Assembly: GCA_963777605.1 (NCBI GenBank)
Contig: CAVZRV010000027.1
Span: forward strand, 32,001 to 96,000
Length of the DNA stretch: 64,000 nt
Direction of reading: 5' to 3'
DNA from: an uncultured Acidobacteriota bacterium
GTDB lineage: Bacteria; Acidobacteriota; UBA6911; RPQK01; JAPXNP01
A model generated the notes under the pieces. The model was not told the origin of the DNA, did not search any database, and saw only the letters and a program-made list of their open reading frames with translations. The translations under genes and the position numbers were made by a program. Below, piece by piece: positions 50,338-61,853 of the stretch. Numbering within the stretch: the first letter of the stretch is position 1; every line of letters starts with the position of its first letter.

Positions 50338-51162
50338 CTAGGCCCGAAGGCGACGGACAAAGCCGGCTCCGAGAAGGCCAAACCCCAAAAGCAGGAGCGA
50401 GCTTGGCTCGGGAACGCTATAGCCGGTGATCTGATCCTGCCTGCTTTGATTCGTCAAAACGAAGAGCGTGCTTGAATCTGTCCAGGAGGAGTCAGTAGCG
50501 GCACTCTTCAGCCAGCCGTTTGCCAGCCCGATTGCCGTGGCAACGTTGCCCCCAGTGTTGTCGGCCCAAAATGTCGAAGATGTGGAGCTTGTGCTGTAGC
50601 CGGAATAGGCAGCACCGACATCGTACCCCCCGGAGCCTGCTAGAGTGGAGTCGTAGCTGTCGTAGACCAATTCCCATACAACGAGCTGAAAAGCGGCCGA
50701 AGTGACAGCATCATGGACGCCCCTCTTTTCGATTACATTTGTCCACAGCTTGCCCAGGAGTTCAGCCTCATCGGCCGTAATCAGGCCAACATTCTGAGAC
50801 CCAAAATAGTGAGGCCCCGTTGAATTCGTGTATCCGCTGGGACTTACCGGGAGATAACTACCGGTCAAAGGGTCCGGGGCAGTCGGGTCACCGATCTTCT
50901 CGCCCAACTGGACGCAAAAGGTCTGAACAGTGACGGCAGGGGTCGAAGTGGTCTCAAAGTCGAACATGCCCGCCCCGTTATCGAAGTGGTACACTTCCGT
51001 TCCAACTTGCAGGTATTTGTCGATTGTCTGAGGAGGATCGAATGTGTAACCGGTGTAAGTCAGGTCAATCGAGACACCCAACTCAACCGGCCCGGCGAAA
51101 GTCATCGAGGAAAACACAGCAAACGTTGCTACAGTGAAAAGCGCCCAAGTGAATCTCTTCAT
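50338..51162 (-). CDS. PEP-CTERM surface protein with putative Cys-Gln thioester domain
   Basis: signal peptide; TFCVQ...AFQLVVWE; C-terminal VPEPSSLLLLGFGLLGAGFVRRLRA. Confidence 0.88.
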   Translation of the reverse strand: MKRFTWALFTVATFAVFSSMTFAGPVELGVSIDLTYTGYTFDPPQTIDKYLQVGTEVYHFDNGAGMFDFETTSTPAVTVQTFCVQLGEKIGDPTAPDPLTGSYLPVSPSGYTNSTGPHYFGSQNVGLITADEAELLGKLWTNVIEKRGVHDAVTSAAFQLVVWELVYDSYDSTLAGSGGYDVGAAYSGYSTSSTSSTFWADNTGGNVATAIGLANGWLKSAATDSSWTDSSTLFVLTNQSRQDQITGYSVPEPSSLLLLGFGLLGAGFVRRLRA

Positions 51163-51246
51163 CGTTCTTCCTTCAGAGTCAGCAAAACCAACAACCCATT
51201 TCGCCCCACGCAGACGGGGGCAAACATCACGATCTGAATACCTGAA

Positions 51247-51263
51247 AGCAACAGGTATTCCAA
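51247..51263 (-). promoter_or_regulatory. sigma-54 (-24/-12) promoter of the PEP-CTERM gene
   Basis: minus strand TTGGAATACCTGTTGCT (GG-N10-GC), 84 nt upstream of the ATG. Confidence 0.65.
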
Positions 51264-51773
51264 AACGCTGTCGAGACCGGCAGGATCAATCTTCCCGAGC
51301 CTCAACTGCGATCAGGACTATTACTTCGAGGCATCCGGCTGCAGTTTACACGATCGGATATAAGACTGCTGAATCTTGACACTATGTAACAAGCTTCCAC
51401 TTTTGTGGTTGGTTCTCCATAGGATCACGCTCCACTAATGCAGAAAGCGCCTCCGCCACAGACCCTATGGGTTCTCGCCGGCTAACTCGAAGTTTCGGAA
51501 ATCCGGCCCTGCAGCTTCCGTGGCTGCCAGACCATCGAGCAAACGTCCTCCTTCACACGATATACTGAGCGTTCAGTAACGAGGGTTCGCTGTGCGGCCA
51601 GATAGCAGGCCTGTGGCTCACGCTTTCGACAATCACGGAACCGGGAAAAACCCGGCCCGAGTCTCTCCCTTTTTGACGGCCGCACTTCACAGAATATCCG
51701 TCCTGGGACTACAGGCAGATGCATGCGTGATCAAGGTATTTCGAAATGTAGCGCCTACCGAGGTGATCCTCGG

Positions 51774-52997
51774 ATGCAAGGGACTGAACTCTTAGTCAGC
51801 ATCCTCAAGGCTGCCGACCTCCAGTTGCTGCGCAAAGCACTGCCACGAGCGTCGCATCAAGACTGGAATGGCCTCTTATCAGTCGCGAGCGCGTCCCGGA
51901 TTTCCCCCTATGTCTACACCCGGCTGAGGGGCCTGTGGGACGTAATCCCGGTCGCTGTGAAAAACCAACTCACGGCGGATTACCGCCGGAACGGTTGTCG
52001 AAACCTTTTGGTCCAGAAGCAGCTGTTCCAGATTGTGAAACCGTTCCAGGAAGCCGGCATACCTTTGCTCGCTCTGAAGGGCGTGCATCTGATTGGGGAG
52101 ATCTATCGAGATCCTTCTGCCCGGTACGTCGGAGACGTCGACGTAATGGTCCCCCGGTCCTGCCTTCAACAGGCGTCGGATCTTATGAATACGCTGCGAT
52201 TCAATTCGACCTCGTCCATCCCGGTTGAAGCAGAGGCCACCATCAGTCATCACTTGAAGCCGTTCGTAAACGGGAGCGGGATTCGGGTTGAAGTCCATTG
52301 GAATCTGTCCCGTCCCGCCGACAACTACCGCGTTAATCCCTCAGAATTCTGGAATCGGATTCGAACCGTCGAAAAGGGGCCCCTCAGGTTTCACGGTCTT
52401 GGACTCGGAGACCTCCTGTTCCATCTCTGCATCCACACGTCTCAGCACCATCAGTTCGACATCGGGCTCCGGGCGAGTTGTGACATCGCGGAATTGCTTG
52501 AAACCAGCCGCGACCAAATTGACTTCGACGCATTCCTGGACCTCGTGAGTCGAGCTGGCGCCAAAACTGGAACGTTCCTTGCGCTCAGTCTCGCACAGGA
52601 ACTGGCGGGGGCAAGAATCCCCGAACGAATTCTGACTCGCCTTGCACCCGAAGGTTCGTCGGATCGATTGCTCAATGCCGCCCGCAGCCTGGTCTTTGCA
52701 GAGAAGGCCAATCTTCGCTCGATCTCCAGAAACCTCGCCGGCTTCTGGGATGCTCCATCATACAGCTCGAGGCTGAGGGCTTTGGGTTCGCGGATCTTCA
52801 TTCCGCGCCTTGTACTGGCAAGAGCGTACGGCATTCCACCCACATCAAGATGGATCTACCTCTACTACCCGGTCCGGATCTTCGATCTCATGAGGCTGTG
52901 GGGAGGGTCGGCGCTCCAGCTGATGCGGCGAGACAAAACCTCCAGCGAGATTGCCGAATACCGGGCACTGATTTCGAAGTGGCTCTCGCCCCGCTGA
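51774..52997 (+). CDS. nucleotidyltransferase family protein (NTP_transf_5-like)
   Basis: LALKG..L...Y.DP..RYVGDVDVMV, VEVHWNL, HLCIH. Confidence 0.8.
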   Translation: MQGTELLVSILKAADLQLLRKALPRASHQDWNGLLSVASASRISPYVYTRLRGLWDVIPVAVKNQLTADYRRNGCRNLLVQKQLFQIVKPFQEAGIPLLALKGVHLIGEIYRDPSARYVGDVDVMVPRSCLQQASDLMNTLRFNSTSSIPVEAEATISHHLKPFVNGSGIRVEVHWNLSRPADNYRVNPSEFWNRIRTVEKGPLRFHGLGLGDLLFHLCIHTSQHHQFDIGLRASCDIAELLETSRDQIDFDAFLDLVSRAGAKTGTFLALSLAQELAGARIPERILTRLAPEGSSDRLLNAARSLVFAEKANLRSISRNLAGFWDAPSYSSRLRALGSRIFIPRLVLARAYGIPPTSRWIYLYYPVRIFDLMRLWGGSALQLMRRDKTSSEIAEYRALISKWLSPR

Positions 52998-53096
52998 TCC
53001 GAGCTCACTCAAGCGAACAGGGGCGCCCAACGGTCCCTGGATCCACTGTCCCCCGGCATGAAATCGCCAGCAACGCTTTGCCCTTCGGCAGTTCGG

Positions 53097-54074
53097 TCAA
53101 CTTGCCGGCTCCCGTTTGAAGTCGTTTTCCACCATTTCGGTGATCAGGTCGTCGAGCGTTCGCGTGTAGTTCCAGCCGAGTTGGGTTTGAGCCTTGGTGC
53201 AGTCGCCGAGGAGGATATCGACTTCGGCGGGTCGGAACAGGCGCTCGTCCTGGACCACGAATTCGCGGTAGTCGAGATCGACCAGCCGGAAGGCCTTCTC
53301 GCAGAACTCCCTGACCGAGTGGGTTTCGCCCGAAGAGACCACGTAGTCGTCGGGGCGCTCCTGCTGGAGCATTGTCCACATTGCGGTGACGTAGTCCCGG
53401 GCATGTCCCCAGTCACGACGCGCTTCCAGGTTTCCCAGCGGAAGCTTGTCCGCCAGGCCGAGTTTGATCCGGGCAACGCCGCGGCTGATCTTGCGGGTGA
53501 CGAACTCGTATCCGCGCCGGGGCGACTCGTGGTTGTAGAGGATCCCCGATGAAGCGTGGAGCCCGTAGGCCTCGCGGTAGTTGCGGGTCAGGTCGAAACC
53601 GGCAACTTTGGAGATCCCGTAGGCGGACCGCGGATGGAACGCCGTCATTTCGTTTTGGGGCGTTTCCCGGACGCGCCCGAACATTTCGCTCGATGCCGCG
53701 AAGTAAAACCGGCACCCGGGCACCACTTCCTTCAGGGCGGACAGCACGAAGTGCGTACCGTTGATGTTGGTGTTGAGTGTCGAGAACTCGTCCTCGAACG
53801 AGTAGCTGACAAAGCTCTGGGCCGCGAGGTGGTAGCACTCGTCAGGCCGCACCTCCTGAAAAGCCTTGAAAACGCTGGCGTAGCTCTCCAGGGAAGCCGC
53901 GTGAATCTGGATCTCGGGCAGGATGTGCTGGATGCGCCACATCCGGTGTTCCGGGTCCTCAAACGCCACCCGGCGAACTATGCCGTGGACGTCGTAACCC
54001 TGGTCAAGGAGGAACTCGGCCAGGTAACTGCCGTCCTGGCCGGTAATGCCGGTAATCAGTGCTTTCTTTGCCAT
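53097..54074 (-). CDS. gmd: GDP-mannose 4,6-dehydratase
   Basis: ALITGITGQDGSYLAEFLL, LAAQSFV, SSEMFG, NHESPRRG, GNLEARRDWGHA. Confidence 0.96.
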   Translation of the reverse strand: MAKKALITGITGQDGSYLAEFLLDQGYDVHGIVRRVAFEDPEHRMWRIQHILPEIQIHAASLESYASVFKAFQEVRPDECYHLAAQSFVSYSFEDEFSTLNTNINGTHFVLSALKEVVPGCRFYFAASSEMFGRVRETPQNEMTAFHPRSAYGISKVAGFDLTRNYREAYGLHASSGILYNHESPRRGYEFVTRKISRGVARIKLGLADKLPLGNLEARRDWGHARDYVTAMWTMLQQERPDDYVVSSGETHSVREFCEKAFRLVDLDYREFVVQDERLFRPAEVDILLGDCTKAQTQLGWNYTRTLDDLITEMVENDFKREPAS

Positions 54075-54130
54075 GAAGTGGCGGTAATGTAGCACATCGG
54101 GGCGACGGGCGCTGGGTGTTGGGGGAGGTC

Positions 54131-54210
54131 TGTCACTTCGTATTTCGGTTTCGGACTTCGACTTCGATGCTCGGCTTCGCCGTTCGGGATTCCCGGGTTC
54201 AGCGTTCCGC
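54131..54210. repeat. TTCG-ladder element
   Basis: same spacer register as the copies at 44.5, 44.6, 48.0 and 48.8 kb. Confidence 0.8.
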
Positions 54211-54303
54211 GTTCAAGATTCCTCCAGGTCCTATTTAGTCCCACTAATCCCATAAGTCGTACACGTCTTTTCAAAATGGGAACCTGGGGACAGAGTCTTT
54301 CCT

Positions 54304-54350
54304 GCAGGCTGGAAGCCTGCGATACCCATCAGGCTGGAAGCCTGGACTAC
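54304..54350 (-). repeat. tandem REP hairpins (caggctggaagcctg x2), the upxY-proximal one GTAG-type
   Basis: minus strand GTAGtccaggcttccagcctg, 9 nt after the upxY stop; relatives at 43975-43997 and 55084-55130. Confidence 0.75.
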
Positions 54351-54359
54351 ATTGCGGTG

Positions 54360-54854
54360 CTACAGCTTCTCAACGTCGGCGGCGTCGATTTCGCAGGCGA
54401 CGGCCTGCTGGATGAGGTCCACCTTGATGACGAATCGGAAGCGGCTCTTCTTCTCGATGAGATAGCCGTCAAGGCCGCGAAGCGGACCCCGGCGGACTCG
54501 GACGCGGTCGCCGACGACCATTTCCGGAAAAGGGTCGTACGGGAGCTTGCTGAAAACCAGTGTCTTGACTGCCTCGATCTGGCCCGAGTCAACCGCTGCC
54601 GGCTCATTGTTGAACCCGATGATCCGAACCACGGAGGGAACTTTCAGGATATCGAGCCGGCGCTTCTGGACGTCGGTTCGCACGAAGAGGTAACCCGGAA
54701 ACAGCGGAAACTGGACCTCCTTGTGGCGGTCCTTCCACTTCGAGACGACGTTGCGCAGGGGAAGAAAGACCTCAATTTCCCTTTGCCACAGTTCCTCCGC
54801 GACGACTTTCTCGTGGCGACTCTTGGTGTAGATCGCGTACCAGTCGGTGTTCAT
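54360..54854 (-). CDS. UpxY/NusG family transcription antiterminator
   Basis: WYAIYTKSRHEKVV, FLPL, PLFPGYLFV, KOW motif GDRVRVRRGPLRGLDG; at the head of the polysaccharide locus. Confidence 0.92.
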   Translation of the reverse strand: MNTDWYAIYTKSRHEKVVAEELWQREIEVFLPLRNVVSKWKDRHKEVQFPLFPGYLFVRTDVQKRRLDILKVPSVVRIIGFNNEPAAVDSGQIEAVKTLVFSKLPYDPFPEMVVGDRVRVRRGPLRGLDGYLIEKKSRFRFVIKVDLIQQAVACEIDAADVEKL

Positions 54855-54926
54855 GAGCAAAATCGAAGAGATAATTCAAAGGCACCTTTGTGGCGCCGGA
54901 TCACTTAAAGAGTCAAACTCTGTTCA

Positions 54927-55072
54927 AATCGAGGAGCGAGAATCGGGAACCGGGAAGCGAGAATCGGGAATAATCCAACTCCTGATTGAGATGTGCCACG
55001 CCGGCGTTGGAAGCACCCCATTTCCATCATTTGACAACCATTCTCGATACTCGCTTCTCGATTCCCGATTCC
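54927..55072. repeat. inverted pair of degenerate GGGAATC heptamer arrays
   Basis: 54927-54971 (gagaatc gggaacc gggaagc gagaatc gggaat) versus 55040-55072 (attctcg atactcg cttctcg attcccg attcc). Confidence 0.8.
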
Positions 55073-55142
55073 TAACCTGGTCTCAGGTTGGAGGCTGCGA
55101 TCACGGCGACAAGCTGGAAGCATGTCCCACTCCAGTTTCAGG

Positions 55143-57920
<2,778 letters not shown>

Positions 57921-58048
57921 CTATTGACCATTCTATCGAACTTCGCCAAACGGGGCAGCCTTTCAGAGGGAAGCGCTCACCCCTAACACACGGGCGGGAG
58001 TCAAACTGGCTTCTCCGCGGCGGAGATCGTTCAAAAAGTGAAACTCAA

Positions 58049-58109
58049 GTCCGCGAACCCGGGGGCGCGGCTTCGCCTTACCCCCGGCTCTGTGTCCGTG
58101 CCATTCCAC
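58049..58109 (+). repeat. dispersed hairpin repeat family B
   Basis: identical to 20516-20576. Confidence 0.92.
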
Positions 58110-58174
58110 TTTTCAAGTCGACCCAGTCTCCAAGCTTCAGGATGAAGTTTTAGGTCGGCGGAGGCCGGATTCGG

Positions 58175-59638
58175 TCAATCTTCGACGCGGTAGTTGGGAG
58201 CTTCCTTGGTCACGACCACATCATGAACGTGACTCTCGCGGACCCCGTGGTGGGTCACCCGGATGAACTTCGCTTTCTTTTGGAGCAGCCGGATCGTCTT
58301 TACGCCGACGTAACCCATACCGGCGCGGACGCCGCCCATGAGAACGGGAACCAGGTTTTCCAGGCTGCCCTTGTAGGGGACCCGCCCTTCGATTCCTTCG
58401 GGAGCCAGTTTCCGCATCCCAGCTTCCATCGACAGACCGTAGCGGTCTGAGCTGTACCCTCTTGCCATCGCACCCTGGGATCCCATGCCACGATAGGATT
58501 TGTAACTTCGATTCTGGTAAAAAACCAGTTCCCCGGGGGCCTCGTCCGTCCCGGCAAACAGGTTGCCCACCATAATCGAACTGGCGCCTGCCGCGAGAGC
58601 CTTGACGATATCGCCTGAGTACTTTATTCCGCCGTCTGCAACGACCGGGACATCCAGCTTGCGAGCCACTTTGACCGTCTCCATAATCGCGGTTATCTGG
58701 GGAACGCCGGTACCGGTAACGATCCGCGTGGTGCAGATGCTGCCTGGCCCCATGCCCACTTTAAGCCCGTTGGCGCCCGCATCGACAAGCGCCTTGGCGG
58801 CATCTCCGGAAGCGATATTCCCGGCCACCACGTCGGCCGTCTTCAACTTCTTCTTGAGGGCCCGAACCCCGCTGATCACGCGGGCGCTGAAGCCGTGCGC
58901 CGTGTCAAGAACGATGACGTCCGCCCCGGCCCTCTCAAGTTCCCGCGCCCGTTCCACGAAGTCGCCGCTGGCACCCACCGCGGCCCCGACCCGAAGACGT
59001 CCGAAAACGTCCTTGGCCGCGTCAGGGTAGGTGATCATCTTCATGATGTCCTTGACGGTGATCAGGCCCCGAAGCCGGAACTTGTCGTCCACCACGGGCA
59101 GTTTCTCGATGCGATGCTCGTGGAGCTTCTTCTTGGCTTCCACCAGCGAAATCCCTTCCTTGACCGTGACCAGGTTCTCCTTGGTCATCAGTTCAGAGGC
59201 TTCGACATCCAGGTCGGTGGCAAACCGGAGGTCGCGGTTGGTCAGGATGCCAAGCAGGCGTCCCCGGTTATTGGTCACCGGCACCCCGGAAATCTTGTAC
59301 CGGTCCATGATCGCCAGGACTTCGCGCAACTTCGTTTCTGGGCCGACCTGAACGGGATCGACGATCATCCCCGACTCGGACCGCTTGACCTTGTCTACTT
59401 CGACAACCTGCTCGTCGATCGTCATATTGCGGTGAATGATCCCGATTCCTCCGAGGCGTGCCAGCGTGATTGCCATATTGGCTTCCGTCACCGTGTCCAT
59501 GGCAGCCGACGAGAGGGGGATGTTCAGGGGGATGTTCTGGGAGAAGACCGTTTTCAGATCCACCTCGGCCGGCAACACGTCGGATTTAGCCGGCATGAGA
59601 AGGACATCGTCGAATGTGAGAGCTTCGAGCAGTTCCAT
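58175..59638 (-). CDS. guaB: IMP dehydrogenase
   Basis: [17 protein letters not shown] pair, [19 protein letters not shown]. Confidence 0.98.
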   Translation of the reverse strand: MELLEALTFDDVLLMPAKSDVLPAEVDLKTVFSQNIPLNIPLSSAAMDTVTEANMAITLARLGGIGIIHRNMTIDEQVVEVDKVKRSESGMIVDPVQVGPETKLREVLAIMDRYKISGVPVTNNRGRLLGILTNRDLRFATDLDVEASELMTKENLVTVKEGISLVEAKKKLHEHRIEKLPVVDDKFRLRGLITVKDIMKMITYPDAAKDVFGRLRVGAAVGASGDFVERARELERAGADVIVLDTAHGFSARVISGVRALKKKLKTADVVAGNIASGDAAKALVDAGANGLKVGMGPGSICTTRIVTGTGVPQITAIMETVKVARKLDVPVVADGGIKYSGDIVKALAAGASSIMVGNLFAGTDEAPGELVFYQNRSYKSYRGMGSQGAMARGYSSDRYGLSMEAGMRKLAPEGIEGRVPYKGSLENLVPVLMGGVRAGMGYVGVKTIRLLQKKAKFIRVTHHGVRESHVHDVVVTKEAPNYRVED

Positions 59639-59769
59639 TGACAGATTATAGCAACCGGGTCAGACGAGGACAATTAGCCCTTTGGAGTGCTCGATTTGGT
59701 CCGTTTTGAGAGTGCAAAATCGACAGGTTCCGCACTTCCAAACTGGCTGGAAGGCTATAATTGTTGGGT

Positions 59770-60324
59770 ATGTGGACAGCTCTAATTCTTGCGGTGCTGA
59801 TGGTGAACGCTCCTGCGGCGCTGGAGGGGAACCCTTCCAGGGTCAACGAGATCCTGGTCCAGATCAAGCAAGGGAAAACCACCTCGGGGCCTGAACGCCT
59901 GGAGTTGACGGAGGAGGACGTCAACGCGTGGCTGAACCTGGTGGTCGAGAACCGGAAAGATTCCGGCGTCCGGCAGGCTCACGTCGATTTCCTCGGTGAG
60001 AACCGAATCGAAGGAACCGCCGAAATCGACATGGACAAGGTGAACCTCGAGGGGTACTCGGCACAACTCTTCAGGAGCCTCTTGCAGGGCGTCCAGAAAG
60101 TTGACGTGACGGGCACGCTCGAGTGTGCCGACGGCAAGGGTGAGTTCAGTATCGAACAGGCTTCACTGAATGGGGTCAGCGTTCCTGCCGTCCTGGTCGA
60201 GCAGATCCTCAGCTACGCGACCAGTCGGCAACCGCCCAACATCGACATCACAGAGCCGTTCGACCTGCCCTCCGACATCCGAAGTGTCGAGGTTCTCAAA
60301 GACAGGATCGTAATCAATCGCTGA
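59770..60324 (+). CDS. hypothetical exported protein
   Basis: signal-peptide-like N-terminus and coding-like composition; family not recognised. Confidence 0.65.
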   Translation: MWTALILAVLMVNAPAALEGNPSRVNEILVQIKQGKTTSGPERLELTEEDVNAWLNLVVENRKDSGVRQAHVDFLGENRIEGTAEIDMDKVNLEGYSAQLFRSLLQGVQKVDVTGTLECADGKGEFSIEQASLNGVSVPAVLVEQILSYATSRQPPNIDITEPFDLPSDIRSVEVLKDRIVINR

Positions 60325-60355
60325 GCTCGAGATTCAATCCGGATCGCTCATTTGA

Positions 60356-60432
60356 AACGCGAAGTCGCGAAGATCGCCAAGGTCATGCTTGGTTTTAAGA
60401 AAGAAAATCTTTGCGCTCTTGGCGCCGCCGTG
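60356..60432. repeat. gene-less inverted pair of GxxExxY-type nonamer repeats
   Basis: aacgcgaagtcgcgaagatcgccaag ... ctttgcgctcttggcgccgccgtg. Confidence 0.65.
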
Positions 60433-60450
60433 AAGTCAGCCGGCACCGGT

Positions 60451-60657
60451 TCAATCCTTGGTGATGCGGATAACCTCGGAAACCCCGTCCATTCCCCGGA
60501 CGACTCCTTCCACCCCGCTCAGCCCGACCCCGACAACCCCGAGGATCGTCCGCTCGATGCCGGTTGAACGGTGGACATCGAAGTCACGGGAGACCAACTC
60601 CCGGATCACGGCCTCGATCTGCTTCTCGGTGGCACCCCGCTGCATGACGACGATCAC
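60451..60657 (-). CDS. stand-alone DAHP synthase N-terminal ferredoxin-like regulatory domain (or truncated aroF)
   Basis: MIVVMQRGATEKQIEAVI...HRSTGIERTILGVVG...GVSEVIRI, then stop. Confidence 0.75.
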   Translation of the reverse strand: MIVVMQRGATEKQIEAVIRELVSRDFDVHRSTGIERTILGVVGVGLSGVEGVVRGMDGVSEVIRITKD

Positions 60658-60977
60658 GGCTCTTTCTCCTTACCGCTTGCCTTCTCCTCGTCGAGCAATT
60701 TCCGGTGTTGACGCTCGGCGCGACGGGTCTCATCGATGATGCGCTCGAAAATCCGGCGAACCGCATCCGGCGTCAGGCTGCCAGTCGCAGCAGTCACGAC
60801 CTTCTTCATGACCTCTTCCTCGCGATCCGGGTCATATACCTGAGCGTCCATGACCGCCTTGATCTTCCCGATTTCGATGGCACATGTTGTCCGGGATCCC
60901 AGCAGGCGCACCAACTCGAGGTCCAGTTGGTCGATCCGATCTCTCCAGTAATCGAGCGTCTTCACGGTCGCATTCAA
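60654..60977 (-). CDS. chorismate mutase (AroQ type)
   Basis: WRDRIDQLDLELVRLL, IGKIK, YDPDREEEV, IFERIIDE. Confidence 0.9.
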   Translation of the reverse strand: MNATVKTLDYWRDRIDQLDLELVRLLGSRTTCAIEIGKIKAVMDAQVYDPDREEEVMKKVVTAATGSLTPDAVRRIFERIIDETRRAERQHRKLLDEEKASGKEKEP

Positions 60978-60978
60978 T

Positions 60979-61734
60979 CTACGGCAGCAGCTGCTTTTTG
61001 ACAAATTCAGTAACGCGGGTTGGAAGGTCGCCACAGTTCCGGTGCTCCTCGATGAACCGGACAATGGCCGATCCCACGATCGCACCGTCGGCGAAAGACC
61101 AGACACGGCGAACGTCTTCCTTGGACTGAATCCCGAATCCAACACCCACCGGGAGTTGGGAATATCGCCGGATCCGTTTGACCATTTCCGGGAGAGACGC
61201 TCCAAGTTCGGTGTGCTTCCCCGTGACCCCGGTTCGGGCCACCAGGTAAATGAAACCGGTGGCCGCCTCCGCGGCACTGCGAATCCGCTCTTCCGGAGAG
61301 GTCGGGGCGACCAGGAAAACCGACCTTAATCCCTTCAACGAAGAACCGATTGTCGAATCCACCCCCCATTCCTCGGCAGTGATATCGGATACCAGCAAGC
61401 CATCGAGTCCGGCCCGGGTCCCTTCCTCGTCGAGACGCTCGATCCCGTAGGCCAGGATCGGGTTGAGATAGGTCATAAATATGAGCGGAACACTGGTTTG
61501 CAACCGCACGTCCCGCACCATCGCCAGGTAGTCGTCAATCGAGTAATGGTGTTTTAGGGCCTCGAACGATGCCCGCTGGATCGTGGGACCGTCGGCAATC
61601 GGGTCGGAAAACGGGATACCGATTTCGATCAGGGAGGCTCCCGAATCAGCGAGCCCGACAACCAGCTCGCGCGTGGTTTCGAGATCGGGGAACCCGGCCG
61701 TAACAAAAGGGATGAAGGCATTCTGACTGAACAT
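60979..61734 (-). CDS. trpA: tryptophan synthase alpha chain
   Basis: EIGIPFSDPIADGPTIQ, GVTG, VGFGI, GAIVGSA. Confidence 0.97.
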   Translation of the reverse strand: MFSQNAFIPFVTAGFPDLETTRELVVGLADSGASLIEIGIPFSDPIADGPTIQRASFEALKHHYSIDDYLAMVRDVRLQTSVPLIFMTYLNPILAYGIERLDEEGTRAGLDGLLVSDITAEEWGVDSTIGSSLKGLRSVFLVAPTSPEERIRSAAEAATGFIYLVARTGVTGKHTELGASLPEMVKRIRRYSQLPVGVGFGIQSKEDVRRVWSFADGAIVGSAIVRFIEEHRNCGDLPTRVTEFVKKQLLP

Positions 61735-61853
61735 GTTTTCGTCCTGATCGACCCGTCGCGACTGGGAGGCTACGCCTCCCGATTGCTGCCGGGCCGGGAA
61801 AGGCGGAACCTTTCGGTCCCGCACCCCAATTCAATCCAGATCTCACAATCGAG

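Noticed and set aside
51450-51640. c-di-GMP-I riboswitch-like words (cggaagctgcagggcc) on the minus strand
   Set aside because: The GGCAAAC/GNRA P2 stem could not be formed; only a covariance search could rescue it
51774-52997. Lasso peptide cluster suggested by the NTP_transf_5 gene
   Set aside because: No PqqD/B1, B2 protease, cyclase or precursor gene nearby
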